NCBI GenBank assembly: GCA_050273025.1
Contig: CP158635.1
Coordinates: forward strand, 17,422,001-17,486,000
Direction of reading: 5' to 3'
Length of the DNA: 64,000 nucleotides
Source of the DNA: Cenococcum geophilum
Lineage: Eukaryota
Positions 49,301 to 62,445 of this stretch are shown piece by piece. The first letter of the stretch is position 1. Every line of letters begins with the position of its first letter. The position numbers were made by a program, and so were the translations under genes. Below the pieces are notes generated by a model, which did no database searches, had not been told where the DNA came from, and saw only the letters and a list, made by a program, of their open reading frames with translations.

Positions 49301-51935
49301 GATTTCTTTTAAGTCTTAGAGTTATTGTTTAACTATATTAAGGAAACTATTTGTCTTAAGCTTCCTTATTACGTATCTTTTACTACTTAGTTACGCCTTA
49401 ATATCCAAATCTAGCTGTATTTGGATGGGGATATAGTCTAAAATAAGTGCCTATTCTTCTTTGGGGTTATACCTTTTAAGTCTCTAGTATAGGCCTTCGT
49501 CTATAAATATGAGGTTAATTATACTTTTAAAGGTTCCTTATTGCCATATAGTTGCTTCTAGGGGGGTGGCTGACTTAAGGCCCTAGGTGTCTATAGCTTT
49601 TAATAGGCACTCTACCTGTTAATTAGCAGCAATATAGATACCCCCCTACTATAGGTAGTGGAGGTTTATATCTCCTAATAGGATAGACTCTATGCCTTCG
49701 GTTTCTAGTAAGCTTATTACCGATATAATATTCTCTATTTATAGGACCCCTTTGACCCTAGGGTTATATATATTAATAATTTATACTGGTCTCCTATATA
49801 TCTGGATTATTATAACTATAATATCTAGGTTAACTACCTACTATAACTATAAGGATAGGCTAATAGCCTTACTAATTATAAAGTATACGTGTATAGCTGC
49901 TTTTGGTTTATATAGGAGCTAGAATCCTTAGGGGCAGTATATTGATTGTATATAGGTATTATAGTACGGCTCTTATATAGTAAGGATATAGTATTTCTCT
50001 AGGTCTAGACCGTCTAGTAAAGGCCTTATAAGACGGTAGTTTATATTACTGCAGTTATACTATATAATAGATAGGTAGCGGACCCCCGGCGAGGGTCCTT
50101 TACCTTTTCTTTATTCCTCACTTCTTCTATTTTTACTTTTTTTAAAATATTTAGAACTTTTATCTCTTATATCTATACCCTAGTTACTACTTATTTTATA
50201 TAGAGCTTTCTATTCCTATATCTTATATTCCTACTAGCGCTTCTATATCTAAATCTATTATTATCTCTAGTTTCTCCCCTATTCTTACTAGCTAGCTATA
50301 TGCCCTTTATAGGTTAGCTATAAATGTTATATTTACCGCGTTAAATCTAATTCTTAATTATCCTGGTTTTAAGCTTACTATAGCTGTCTATAGGGGTCTT
50401 CCTATAGGGCGTCCTCTCCCTTATATCCCCTATAACCCTTATATCCCTATATGGTCTAGTAATATCGCGTGGCGCCACTTCTAGCCCGTTAAGGCTTGGG
50501 ATAGCTAGCCTAGCCCCCTAGTACTAAAGGTAGGAAATGCTAAGAAGGCACCTATATCCCTCTAGCTTATTGCCTATTGTTTCCATTTATATAACCTAGT
50601 ATATAGTTATTCCCGTAGCTATTAAGCCCTTACCTTCTACCTCCTATATTTAATACAGTCTTCTTTCTCCTACACCTTATATATACTTTAGTAGCAGTTT
50701 ATATATTTTATTTAGTCTTAATTTAAGCAGTGTCTTATATTATAGGGGCCTGTATAGTAGCCGTAGCACACCTATACTGCGTATATAAATTAGGTGTGTC
50801 CCTATTATATATAGCGGTAGTATTATTTTAGGCGTAGTTTATAGTTATAGAGCCTTATATTATATATAAGGCCATTTATAATTATTCCTTTTTAGATAAG
50901 AAGTTTTTGCATTCTTAGTGTATATATACTGACGATAAGGGAGCTATATATTTAACTAGTATCTCCCTAATAAGTCTCTAGCGACCTTTATATCCTCTTA
51001 TTATTCTTATTATTTACTTAATTTATATTTTCCTATTAAAGCTATTAGATTTAGGTAATCTTAAGGCCTAGTATAAGGCGTTCTATATATTTTACTATCT
51101 TTTATATAGTTACTGTATTATCCGCCTAGCGTCCCTTTTTTACCCTAAGGCTTATAGAAACCACTAGGACTTTAACTAAGTAGTCTTTATAGAGCACTTT
51201 TATACTAATATATTCTCCTAGCCTATCCCCTACCCTTATAGCTTATTCCTTTACCTATTAGTCCTTTAGGGTAACTCTAATATCTCTACTCCTAAGGTAT
51301 TGGACTATAATTACGTTATAAACCTCTTTATAAATCTCTATAAGGACTTCTATTTCTAATTATCCCCTAAGCCCTTCTACTTTTTCTATATTTAGTTATA
51401 TTATAATTATATACCTAGTTATTATTTTAAGGGGGGTAGGTTCCCTATAGTATAAAAGCGCGGCTATAGCGGCCTAGGTGCGGTTTGCCGGTAAAGGGGG
51501 GTTTTATTTATTTTTAATTTTGCTTAGCTATTAGAGGATTTAATTAAGGGTTTACTAAAGGGGCGCCTAAGGTTTACTAGACTAGCGGAGCTATTCTACT
51601 AGCTATATTAGTTTGTTATAGCTAATAGTTACTTTCCTATAATTTTAGATACTAGACGCGTCTAGTAGGCTTTATATTTTATTAGATGCCTTCTTAATAG
51701 AGGTATTTCCGCTTTATAGTGTGGTATTCGCCCGTCTTTATTATAAAGGGCCGTTGTTAGGCGTGGATTTGGCGGTTGCGCGCGAGTGCGAGCCACCGTC
51801 GGTTGACGTGTGCCTCCCCTGCGATGCATGCATCTCAAGGGGATTCTTTGGGTGTTTTTCAGGGTTCTTTTTGGTTTTTTTTGGTCTTTTTGGGCCGGGT
51901 ACAGCAAGAGCTCCAAATTTTATAAAATTTCCGAT
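46375..51935 (-). mobile_element. Tad1-like LINE family C, full length, RIP-inactivated
   Basis: 16-bp TSD TCTAGTTCTATTAATA at 46359-46374 and 51936-51951. (TAA)n tail. ORF2 minus: degenerate QYNC APE start at ~50060, SYRPITLENTLSKI at ~48490, GI..GSPLSPILFLF at ~48100, degenerate FVDD at ~48010. ORF1 with degenerate zinc knuckles at ~50600-50780. Confidence 0.9.
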
Positions 51936-52649
51936 TCTAGTTCTATTAATACTAGTTACTATAATAGGATTAAAATATTATATAAGAATAGTTTATTATA
52001 AATAGATTATGCCTTATTATTGTTTTAGCAATTTTTAGAAAGGTTATATAACTTTAAATTTAATATAGATTTTTTATATATATAAAAGACAATTAAAATA
52101 TTAATTACCTATTATTATAATAGTAATTAAAGGTAGTTCTAGAAGAGTTCTCTATATATATCTTCTACTTATATTAGTAGATTCCCTTTATTTATTTTTA
52201 GTTTATTTCTATAGTAATTACTTATTAATTACTGTACTATATAGGCCTATATTAAAGTCCTATATTTATAAATCCAGGTTTCTTCCTAAGCTTTCTTGTT
52301 AAAGAGGATAGCCTCCTAACGGGGCAAGATAATGAGGCACTAGACCGGGTCTTTCGCGCATGCCAAGGCGAATGCACGTCTTCTTACCCCGCATGCATCA
52401 CCCACAATGATCGAACGACACGTGGACGACGGGTTCTCACGAACATGTAGGTAGTTAGCGTTATGAAAGGTATTATGAGAAACAAGATATTCCACGGAGC
52501 CACAAAATGGTAGCCTAGAGGGCGCAATCATAAGAGCACCAACGGATCATTCACCATTATCCATCTTTTCACATATCTTCTGTGTCTTCGGGGCGAACTT
52601 TAGAATCGTATATAGTGCTAGTGGCAGACAACTTTGAAACGCTTGGGCC

Positions 52650-54206
52650 ATGACTGACCCCCTAGAAGTCACGCCTGCCTCCGTATCCCAGAGCAATCAG
52701 ACTGATGCAGCAACAGAAGCGCTTCATCGTCATACCCAATCAGTCAAAGATTTCCTCAGGTATCAGTCAATCTATGCAGAAGGAGCGGAGGCGAAAAAAA
52801 CGCTCTCACTAAAGGAAGCCGAAATCAGGAAGAAAAATGAACAGATCGAAAAACTAGAGTCGGCTGTCGCAGTATACATTCACGGAGGACATAAAGAAGT
52901 CGCTAAGATAAAATTGGAGAATGCTGAGATAGTAAAGGAAAAAACTAATCTGGATATCAAACTACAGCAGGCACTAAAAGAGAAAGGGAAGGCAGAAGAG
53001 CAGGCGGAAAGGACCAAATGCCTGTTGGATGAACAGGATACAGAATCGGCCAAGTTAAAAAACGAGGTGCTTGTACTGAAGGCTAGAGAGGAGGCGCTGA
53101 AGACTGATCTAAGAAAAGAGACAGCGGCGAAGGAGAATTTAAATGACCAATTAAGCAAGACTCGAATTAAACTCGAGAAGTATGTCGCTTATAGAGCGAA
53201 TCTCGTTGACCTTGACCTGAGCAAATTGTATGGAACCATATCCACAATGTCTAGCAGATTGTATTGCTTATCAGCTGTCCGTCTAGCTCTAAAGGTGTAG
53301 CGAAGATATGGGAACGCACAAATACTCTAGTGAAGAAGTACTTTTCGCTTGATATCTTGACCGAGTCGTCCGAGGTTAGTCTGCAGCGTTGTATGGCATC
53401 TCGACCAGCTAATGACGGTCTTGCGCTGCCAGGAGCACGAAAATTGGATCCAGCAAGCATGCGGGTTTTTACATCCACCATCCGGGTCGATTCTCATTCC
53501 GCCGACAAACTCTTCCGCAGCCAAAGCTGCACGTATGGCTGTCATGTTGAATGTGTTCGCCCTTGTGTTTGTAAAGTATATATTTACGGCGACACCACCA
53601 CTTCTTGCACAAGCTGGCCTTGATAGTATCCTGTCTGAATTAGTGGACAAAGACGAGGCGAAGGAAGAGCTGTGTCGAGCAATATTATTGTCAGCATCGA
53701 GCAGTTATCCATCACAAGACAGAGAACTCCAGCAGCTTGTGAAATCGATCCTGGAAGCATTTGGAACCTTACTCTCCTCGAAATCTCGCACGGAATTTAA
53801 GTCCGACGTCAAGGATTTGATGACAGAGGCTACAAATTTCTGGACTAAGTCACGATGGAGCCGTCAGAAGCTCATTGCTACTCTCAACTACGAATTGTAT
53901 CCGGTATCATGGAAAGATTTTCCTGTACCTAGCCACAAGCACCAACAGAACACAAAGAATGCCGAAGCTTCCGATCCCGAGGACCAAGAGGAGGTGACTC
54001 TCGTTGCGTTTCCGGCAATCATTGCGATGAGTAGCGGAACATGGGAGACGATTCGCCCTGGCTTCCTTATTCGTTATTCTCACCTGTACGAGGCAGAGGG
54101 CGAGTGGCGAAGCGAACAGAAGAAGAGACGATTTTCCCGCAGCGGGGTGCCCAACGGCATATCAGGTCTGACTTCCCTGCGAGGTGCTGGAGGGGCAATG
54201 GTTTGA
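52650..54206 (+). CDS. Uncharacterised coiled-coil protein, paralogue B; exons 52650-53227, 53287-53374, 53433-54206
   Basis: E/K heptad region, then ILIPPTNSSAAKAARMAVMLNVFALVFVKYIF..EELCRAILLS..LVAFPAII. Introns 53228-53286 (GTATGG..TAG) and 53375-53432 (GTTAGT..CTAAT..CAG) keep the frame. Confidence 0.85.
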
Positions 54207-54479
54207 TACCAGAAGTTGAGTTCGGCAGGGTTAGAGTGTGATTTATGAACGGAAGACGACAAAAGTGAGGCAGAGTGGTTGATTTGGCACAGGGACCAAG
54301 GTATGATTATAGCAAAGCCAAGTTAAGGAATTTGAAACAGAACATGTGCAAGCAGGTCCCATAAAGTCTTCGGAGCCAGTAATCTTCTTAGACTGGACTG
54401 GAGTGGATCCGAGCTCAAATCCACCCTATCCAGCTAGTAAATTGTTTGACTCCAGGAGCCCAAGGGAGTTCCAATGTGC

Positions 54480-55030
54480 TTATATACTATATTTAGAAAA
54501 GCTTAGCATTATTATAGTATTATAAAAGGAAGCGTAGACATAGAATAACTCGCTAAAAGCTACCTATATTACGCCTTACCGATAACCTTAGTCTTATAGT
54601 TAATCTTAATAGTCGTATATTACTTATCTAGCTCCTCTTCCTCCTTATTAATTATATAATCTTCTATCTAAGTAGACTCGGCGACTACGTTCGCAAGGCT
54701 CTCCTACCATCTTATCTACTTACTTATTATTAAATACACCTTTTTATAGTAGCTCGTATAAGTACTAAAGAACCTTATTTATCTTAATTATATATGTTTA
54801 TAATCGGGAACGTCGGTCCTTAAGAAGAATCTTATAGCTACTAAAGAGCCGCTTATATTTGTCGCCTATAGAAGGCACGGCTAATATATTAAGCATAAAT
54901 CAAGTAAGATTTGGCTGGCTCTTACAGCGATCCTACTAGTATTAATTCTTAGCAAGAAGTACGCGGTTAGTAGTAAGATATTCCTTAAAGCGATTAATTA
55001 GTAATAGGATACTATATTCTTAATAAGTCC
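54480..55030. repeat. RIP-degraded repeat relic, family not identified
   Basis: Abrupt TpA-rich, CpA/TpG-poor island between normal-composition flanks. Confidence 0.5.
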
Positions 55031-55623
55031 CTACGAAGGCACGATGTGTGGGCCGCACTGCGGTCAGCATACTCCGCCATAGAGTCCATGTTCATGTCTT
55101 CATTTACCCTGACCTCTACCTTGTCGGGATATGCAGGCTACTTGTCAATCAGAAGTCCGCGCGCAGATTAAGAATGAGAAGTCTATCTATTGAAGGTGGC
55201 TCTAGGGCCTTTATATATACATGAGGGTGACTGAGTCGGTGACCGAGTCAAGGGGTCAGTGACCGAGTCAAGGTGGCAAAGAAATCCGATTCAGGTCGAC
55301 ACTACTACTACTAGGGCTATCTTTGTAAATTAAAGCGAAGTGGTGGCAAAGCAACTATTTGCATGGATCTCACGGGCTATAGAAACTTTCGCAAGGAGCC
55401 TTCCATGACGGCTAGACCAAATACAATAATCGGCATGATTACATTGGTCTATTCGTTCCGTGTATCGAAGGCGTACAGTATAGACCGGTAAAGCCACGTG
55501 GATAATAATAAAAATTTGTAACTTATCAGTGCTCATCCGTACCAAGGAAATCATGGATGGAAAAGGATGGATCGATTTCTATTATAAATTGCTTGGACAA
55601 ATCTAATTACATACTATTAAGCC

Positions 55624-57988
55624 TCAAGCTTTCAAATTATCCAACTGGCCCGGGCATACATTCTCATTGACATCAGGAGGAACACCTATATCCCAATTAC
55701 TTTCAAACAAATTAAGAGCACCACCACTACATGCACCAGGATTATATCCAGTGTTGTACCACGCATTGATATCATTTGGCCAGCCATCAGAAGCATTCTC
55801 ATAGGCCGACCAATCACCGGCGACACCATTTGGACAAATAGCTGGCATTTGCCCACCAATAGGGTAAATACCTGTAAAGTAGGCAAAAGTGCATGTTCCA
55901 GGGGACCATATGTCGTTGGGGGTATCGGCGCCGAATTCGAAGTTCCACCAGACGCAATTGAAAATTCTAGTACAGGCATGGCAGCAGTCGAGTTTGCTAA
56001 CAGTAGTTATAGAAGGCGCAGTCGAAACGTTGTTCCCGGGCACTGCTGCAAGAGCTGGAGGAGGCGAAGGAAGGTTATATGCGAAGCTCGGCTCGCAATA
56101 CGCTGGGACGGTAGTTGACCCACCATTACCGTAAGTAGTGCAAGTGGAGGACTTAGAGTATATTGTCAGCATTCATCCAACAGATTGCGGAAGTCGCGTA
56201 CCAAAGTGGTTTCAGAGTAGAGGTATGTAGACACCAGGGCTCCCAACGATAACGTTATTCATAAGCTTATCGCGATAATATTAATAATAATAAGCGATAT
56301 GAATATAATATTTGCTTGTGAATATTCATAAGCTTATAAATATATATAGATATTTTAAAGCTTTAGTAGCAGTGTAAAAGAGTGGCTTATAGTAAAGGAT
56401 TCGCTAAGAACTATAGATACTCCGCGCGTTCTAATATATATCTATACATAGGTATATAGGGTGGGTGGTAATTTAGAAGAATTCTAAGTAATTTAATACT
56501 TTGCTAAGACTGGTTGTATAGCTTACATAAGATACTAATTATCGCGATATTATCGCGATAATGAATATCTTAGGGCTCTTAATGATATGAATACGATAAG
56601 TGGTATGAATATACATTCATTCATCATTGGGAGCCCTGGTAGACACGGTATGTGTAATTACGGTTGATGGGACGCAAGATGAGGGGTTATCTCTGGCCTC
56701 AACTAGATCATCCCGCTTATCCCTGGCCTCAATTGGAACATGTGGGCCATCTCCGGTCTTAATTGGCACATCCGGAGGCGTAGTTGGCTCTGGTATTACG
56801 GCGCGTTTATTATCTCCTGTGCATCCTGGTCCGATCCATCCATAACATCGAGGGCCTCCCGGGATCGTAGAAGGAGACGGTGTTGCACCATAGGTTATCG
56901 GTGTTTCTGAGGGAAAGACGGTCTGCAAATTGTATTGGTACTCTTCAGTGTATAGTACTGACGTCCACGGGGAGATTGTATTGATGGATGTCGACTGGAT
57001 ATCTGTTATCAGGGGTATTCTAAAATAACAAAGTGAACATACCGTATAAATGGTCGTAGTATAAGTCGAAATTCCAGAGTAGCACGGGGGAATCCAATAG
57101 GCAGCGTTGACTGCGTCGTTACTAGACGGGGGATTGACGGTACTTTTCAAGTAGCAGGGACCTGTAGGATATCCCCAATGCCAGGCGATAGCGATACAGC
57201 CTGGGGTTAAATCGCATGTTACCATACATTCAAATATACCAGTCGTCCAGACGGGACTCCCCATATCCCCTCCATAAAGGTCAGCGCCACACATGAGATG
57301 GTATTCTCTCCGATAATATGTTTCGTTCGCCCCGTTTTGATTTGGACAAATAGATGACCGAAATGCTCCCCATGACCCCGAAGCCGGTGTTAGGGACTGC
57401 GAATACGTGCTCTGAAGCGTACATGTGCCTCCTGGTAAGATAGTTCCTTCGCCCGGAGCAAAGTTGACGTAAGTGCAACCATTTAGAAAATTGGCCTCGC
57501 ACTCGTCAATGCAATCCTAAAACGTGGTTGTAATGACCTGGAATATAAAATCGCCCGCACGCTGCGAATCGCACTCAGTAACATAGCATGTGCCACCGTC
57601 GGGGACATCCAAGCATACACCATTAGATGCTGGACATTCTGGACCTTCGGCGCTAGGTAGATGGGCGGCCATCATACCGTTATACGCGACTGGAGCGTTA
57701 AGAGCGTTCTTCATATAGCAGCGGCCAGGAGAGCCGGGAATGTATGAAACATCTACACACACAGATGTAGTTGAGCAGAGTGCAACACTCCTCGAGAGTA
57801 TCTGTCCATCCTGGACTGCCGGGAATGTCCGCACCAGGACGATCGTATCCGCATTCGATCACGTACGTTAATTGGGAGGCCGGGTCAACATATGTCTGCT
57901 TGTTGTCGTTGGGGCACTTGAGCTGAGCAAGCGCGACATTCGTGAAACTTGATAAAGAAAGGAACACGAGGAAGACTGGTGAAATCAT
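55624..57988 (-). pseudogene. Secreted Cys-rich protein with PAN/apple-like repeats and a Thr/Pro-rich linker, disrupted
   Basis: Signal peptide MISPVFLVFLSLSSFTNVALA. Repeated C..D..G.D....C...C.....C..V.....C.LK modules. Lesions: frameshift at ~57785, in-frame TAG at 57517-57519, MITE at 56235-56638. Confidence 0.82.
56235..56638. mobile_element. hAT-type MITE (404 bp) in an exon of the PAN/apple gene
   Basis: TIR CAGGGCTCCCAAYGAT. 8-bp TSD GTAGACAC at 56227-56234 and 56639-56646. AT-rich interior with TATCGCGATA repeats. Confidence 0.92.
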
Positions 57989-58591
57989 CCTTGTTGAAGA
58001 GAGATCAAAAATGATTGTGAATTTTTAGATTGAAATCTAGACCCTACGGACCCGATCCAAGTCTTGTACTTACTATGGCAGAATCGAACGACGTGCGGCC
58101 AAGCTAGAGGGATAGAAGTTTGACCACTCAGGTCTCTTCAATGCGCCATAAGTCAAGACCGACTACCACCGCTCATGTCGACTTTTCTTCCAATTACGCT
58201 AACGCAGGGGTCTTACCCATCTTGACGCTGGTTCTACCGAATATGGGTAAAGAAGACGTCTGATAATATGGCAACAAGATCCTGGCTTGATTTGGTAGCT
58301 TAGCGCCGTGCCACATATAAAAGGCGGCGGTGCCTCAGCGCCCGCCAAGATTCACCCATATTTATGCTATCGCGGCCAGCCGCTCATCTGGCCCGTTGTT
58401 GTGGGGGATTTTTGCGATTGCTTTACGTAGCCTGGCACGCTTCTTAAAAAGCGCTCAAAATGCTCACAATACTCAAGGTATACTTGGTACGCTGGTTACC
58501 GGACTGCCATATGCTAGGCCTTCAATTGCTCGACGAGCCTGAATTGGATGCCCGTCCGCATCTGCTGTAGTCCATTAAGTTAACGCCACAT

Positions 58592-58668
58592 GGCCTACTC
58601 TTGCTGCTCCACTAGGGCCTACTCTTGCTGCTCCACTAGGGCCTACTCTTACTGCTCCACTAGGGCCT
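58592..58668. repeat. Three tandem copies of a 24-bp unit
   Basis: ggcctactcttgctgctccactag x3 (one G>A change) plus ggcct. Confidence 0.9.
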
Positions 58669-58842
58669 TGCCATCTGCTTGATCCCATTACATAGGTTTC
58701 GCAATCCTTGTATACTTCGTAAAGTCGCTCAATCTAGAAGTTGAAGCCGTCGATTGAGCCTTGATCAACACCCAGTGGCTTGACGCCGTTGCATACACCC
58801 CGGTTTTTAGATCCGCATAAAATCCGTCCTAAAAAGCTACTC

Positions 58843-59468
58843 TACAGTGGACCCCTATATTTGCGTAATGTAGGCTTTAAATACTTAGTAAAATAAGATA
58901 GTATTTTAAGCCTGCGTTATCTCGCTTATATACCTATATTAGGTAAAGTTACTTAGTAATCGTCGTAGTCAATCGAGCCGTAATATAACTATAGAGACTT
59001 AACGTTATAGTAGCTCCTTTTTACTACCCTTATTTTCCTTATAATTGAATTACCTATATTACGACTTTTAAAGGCAATATATCGCGGTAATTAAGCCTTA
59101 GGTAACGTCGAAGACGTAGTTTTAAGGTTGTAGCTCTCGCGGGGGCTTGGATGGAGGTAATTATAATAAGGGTAGTCGTTATTAAGTATTTAGTAGGAAG
59201 GAAGACTCGGTAAGGCCTTTATAAGAAAGTAAGTAGAAGGTAACAAGATATAATTCTTAACTCTTAATTATATTACTAAATTAAACTTAGAACTAGTAAA
59301 AACTAGCTATATTTACTATTTGGAGAAGCCTAAGTTAACCTAAATATCTATAAGTTCCTCCTAATTGCGGTAATTAATCGAGTTATATAACTATATAGCA
59401 GGGCTAGGTTATTTTATGTACCATACCAGCAGGGGGGGCGTCTGAGCAATTCGTGTTACCCCCTTGTA
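58843..59468. mobile_element. RIP-degraded DNA-transposon relic(s)
   Basis: TpA-rich island starting TA-CAGTGGACCCC and ending ..cagcagggggggcg..gttacccccttg-TA (59466), similar to the TIR of the 14611-19847 element. The two ends do not match each other. Confidence 0.5.
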
Positions 59469-59865
59469 CTTCGCTTAAGTTACTCTAAGTTAAAGAAGAT
59501 CCTTAACTAGGGCGTACTGATATAGGCCTATTCGCGGAGCTATATTATAAATGGTATTGGAGGAAGCCTTACGATATTAAACAAAGATTACGACACTGCG
59601 GAGGAAGGCCAATCGCGAATAGCTTTAAGTCCGCTGGAAGCAAGGTTCTTGTAGCCAAGTATACGGCTTCGCTACAATTACTATATATAGCTGGTGGCAA
59701 TCAAGCGAGATTAGATGCGCCTCCCGAATTTAAAAATTTCGCAGCGCCCCCTTTGGCGAGATTTAAATTCGCTACGCGCATCTTACAGCTCTGTGCCCTT
59801 TGGCGAGATTTCAAATTCGCTACGCGCATCCAATCTCGCCTGATTGCCACCAACTGTACATAGTA

Positions 59866-60256
59866 ATTGTAGCGAACGGCTATGGCTACACGCAAGGACC
59901 TTTTTGGTTGCCCTGGGGAATCGCCTAGGTTGGCCAGGGGAATCAAAATTCAAGCAACTCAGAACTTGCTTGACGTACGCTTCCTCGACATACGCTTCCT
60001 CTTTTGCCTATACCTCCGCCAAAACGCGAATACAACGCTGTCCCTGCAATTGCCGATGAAATTTGGCAGTATCGTACGGGTGGAAACCTTACGATATTTG
60101 ACAAAGATCACGACACTGCGAACAGCTGAAGTTCTTGCAGCCAAGCATTCGGCTTCGCTACAATTACTATGTACAGTTGGTGGCAACCAGGCGAGATTGG
60201 ATGCGCGTAGCGAATTTGAAATCTCGCCAAAGGGGGGTGGAAGCTGGTCGTGCACA
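59866..60256 (+). repeat. ~390-bp direct repeat, left of pogo relic (partial third copy ~59567-59735; inverted part ~59805-59875)
   Basis: aattgtagcgaacgg..aattgccgatgaaatttggca..cggcttcgctacaattactatgtacagttggtggcaaccaggcgagattggatgcgcgta..ggtggaagctggtcgtgcaca is shared with 62446-62835. Confidence 0.88.
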
Positions 60257-60464
60257 GAGCTGTAGCGAGTGCTCCAAAATTTTAAATTCGGTACGTCCAT
60301 CCAATCTCGCCAGTAGAAGGTCTCCCGCCAGCGTGCACGTCCCTGCGGCTTGCACCACTTTTTTTTAAACAACGCATTACTCTAATTAATTAATAATAAT
60401 TCAACCACTGCATTAAATAGGCTCAAATTTTAAAGTTATAACTAGGAATACTATATAAAACTTC

Positions 60465-62403
60465 TATCCAACTATATAGTCCGTTAGGTAAGCGGGCGCA
60501 TTTCTTTGCCACCGAAGCCGCGGGCTTCTAATTTTTACTACCTCTTTATCATCACTAGACTCCACCATTATTGTTACCCGTTTCTTTAAGGGCGAGCCTC
60601 TAGACTACTTAGTAGGGCTCTAAACTTATTGTTATAAGTCTCTTTTAAGCTATAATAAGGCTAAACGTTAAGCAGTTTCATCGTCTTTTGCCTACTTCTT
60701 TTGCCGTACCAACTTCTCCCAATCTTAACGCCTTTGTTTTACCGCTTTCTCGTTATTCTTCTTCTCTTCCTATTTCTAAATTTTCGCCTAGGCTTTCTCT
60801 AGCGCTATCTATTATTTTGTAGCCTCCTCGTCCCTAATAGCCTACTTTATAGTCTCAAGTTTAGTCGGCAACCAGAAGGTAGCTTTACCTTCATTTATCG
60901 TACAAATATTCTTAATACACAACTTCCCTTTCTTTCGCCTTTTCTTCTTAATAACAACAGCATTCTTAAGCCCCTTAATTTGGGCTTGTAAAATGCTATT
61001 CTTAGCTACTATCTTCTCTACTAAGTTACCTAGTTTAGCCGTATTACGTAACGGCTTAATACCACTAACGTGCTTTATAAGTCTCCGTACCTAACGGATA
61101 TTTAATGCTAAGTATATAGTTAATATAGATAACGCAGATCTACTTATACTAGGCCGCTTAGGGGCCGCCGGCTTAACCTGGTTAAGTATTAGGTCTAGAT
61201 CTAGGGGCTATAAGCCGGTTTTGCGCCAGCCGCTAAGGATATTAGTTTCTGTAAAGGTACGTCACCAGGCGGCGCAAAATAAGCCGTAAAACTCTCTCTT
61301 TGTAATACGGCAAAGCCCTACCATATTATAGATCCATTTATTAAGCTCCTAGGAGTAGTAGTTTACTAGAGGGTTAAAAAGGCTAACGTCTAGAGGCTAA
61401 AGTCAATAAGTTAAATAGGGGGGGTATACTGCTACTAGGATCCTATGCTCGAGGCACCAGTCTAAAAATGGTATATTAACGTGGCTGCCGTGCCCGTTAA
61501 TAAAGAGAAGCCGCCAGTCACGCCCGTGTCTAGCTTTTGCTTTAGTATAGCGATTAAAAACGGTAGTTAACCACGCCATCCCTAGCTTATTATTCGTCCA
61601 CCCTAAAGGTAAACTTATAAAATAGGCCGCATCTAGCTTATTAGGCTTAAAATTATTAAGCTAGGTATCTTAGATGTTGCCCGTTATAGCCTAGTAGATA
61701 AGGGAGAGTGGAATATATGTCCCGTCTATGTAGATTATTACCAGGCACGTAATCCATTCACAATTACCATCCTAGCCAGCACCAATTAATTTACCCCTCT
61801 TTTCCGAATCCTTATTAAATATCCTCTTTTTTAAAGGATACTAATTAGGAAGCCTTTTTTATCCATATTATATATGTTTTGCGAAAGGACGTTATATTGC
61901 TCAATTTTGGCCCAAACCTTCGAGATATTAGTATAAATACTATTATTTAGGAGGCTACAAACCAGCTTAAAATAAAGAGTATATTAATATGCATTATCCG
62001 CCTTTTTACGGCTTAAATCTGCCGCCGCTAAGAAGCCAGATTTAAGACCTTTTAATGCCGCTTAATAAACTCGTACGCCTAATTTTTTCCAGGGCGTTTC
62101 TTAACTATATCCTTAGCAAAGTTTCGGACTATTACACAAGTAGGAGGTAGCCCTTAATTAGTTAATCGATTAATCTCATTTACTAGGGTAAGCTACTGTT
62201 GTGCTGATAGTAATGAGACATTATCCCGGTAGATATGCCGTGGGTCGATTTTGCCTTGTGCGCGCCTTGCGAGTGTCGTACAATGGGGCTGTCGTACTAG
62301 CGTTGTAGGAGCTGAAAGAGGCACGTTTTGTAAAGATAATGAATTCATTTTTATGTGATTTGGTAAAGAATTGATAGAGATAATTAATTTTGAAGCTTTC
62401 CAT
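60465..62403 (-). pseudogene. pogo/Fot1-type DDE transposase relic (CENP-B-like HTH + DDE_1)
   Basis: Minus strand: TTLARRAQG, GLPPTCVIVRNFA, degenerate YNMDEKGFLI at ~61860, DGNCEWITCL, GWTNNKLGMAWL, RLLFI.GHGSHV, degenerate QPLDVSLF. Multiple stops and frameshifts. Confidence 0.88.
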
Positions 62404-62445
62404 CTTGTGGGTAAATGCACGTGCACGCTGCAGGGAGACCTTCTA

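Noticed and set aside
55226..55275. Three GTGACYGAGTC motifs as a regulatory array
   Set aside because: Short local duplication with no supporting context; function cannot be supported.
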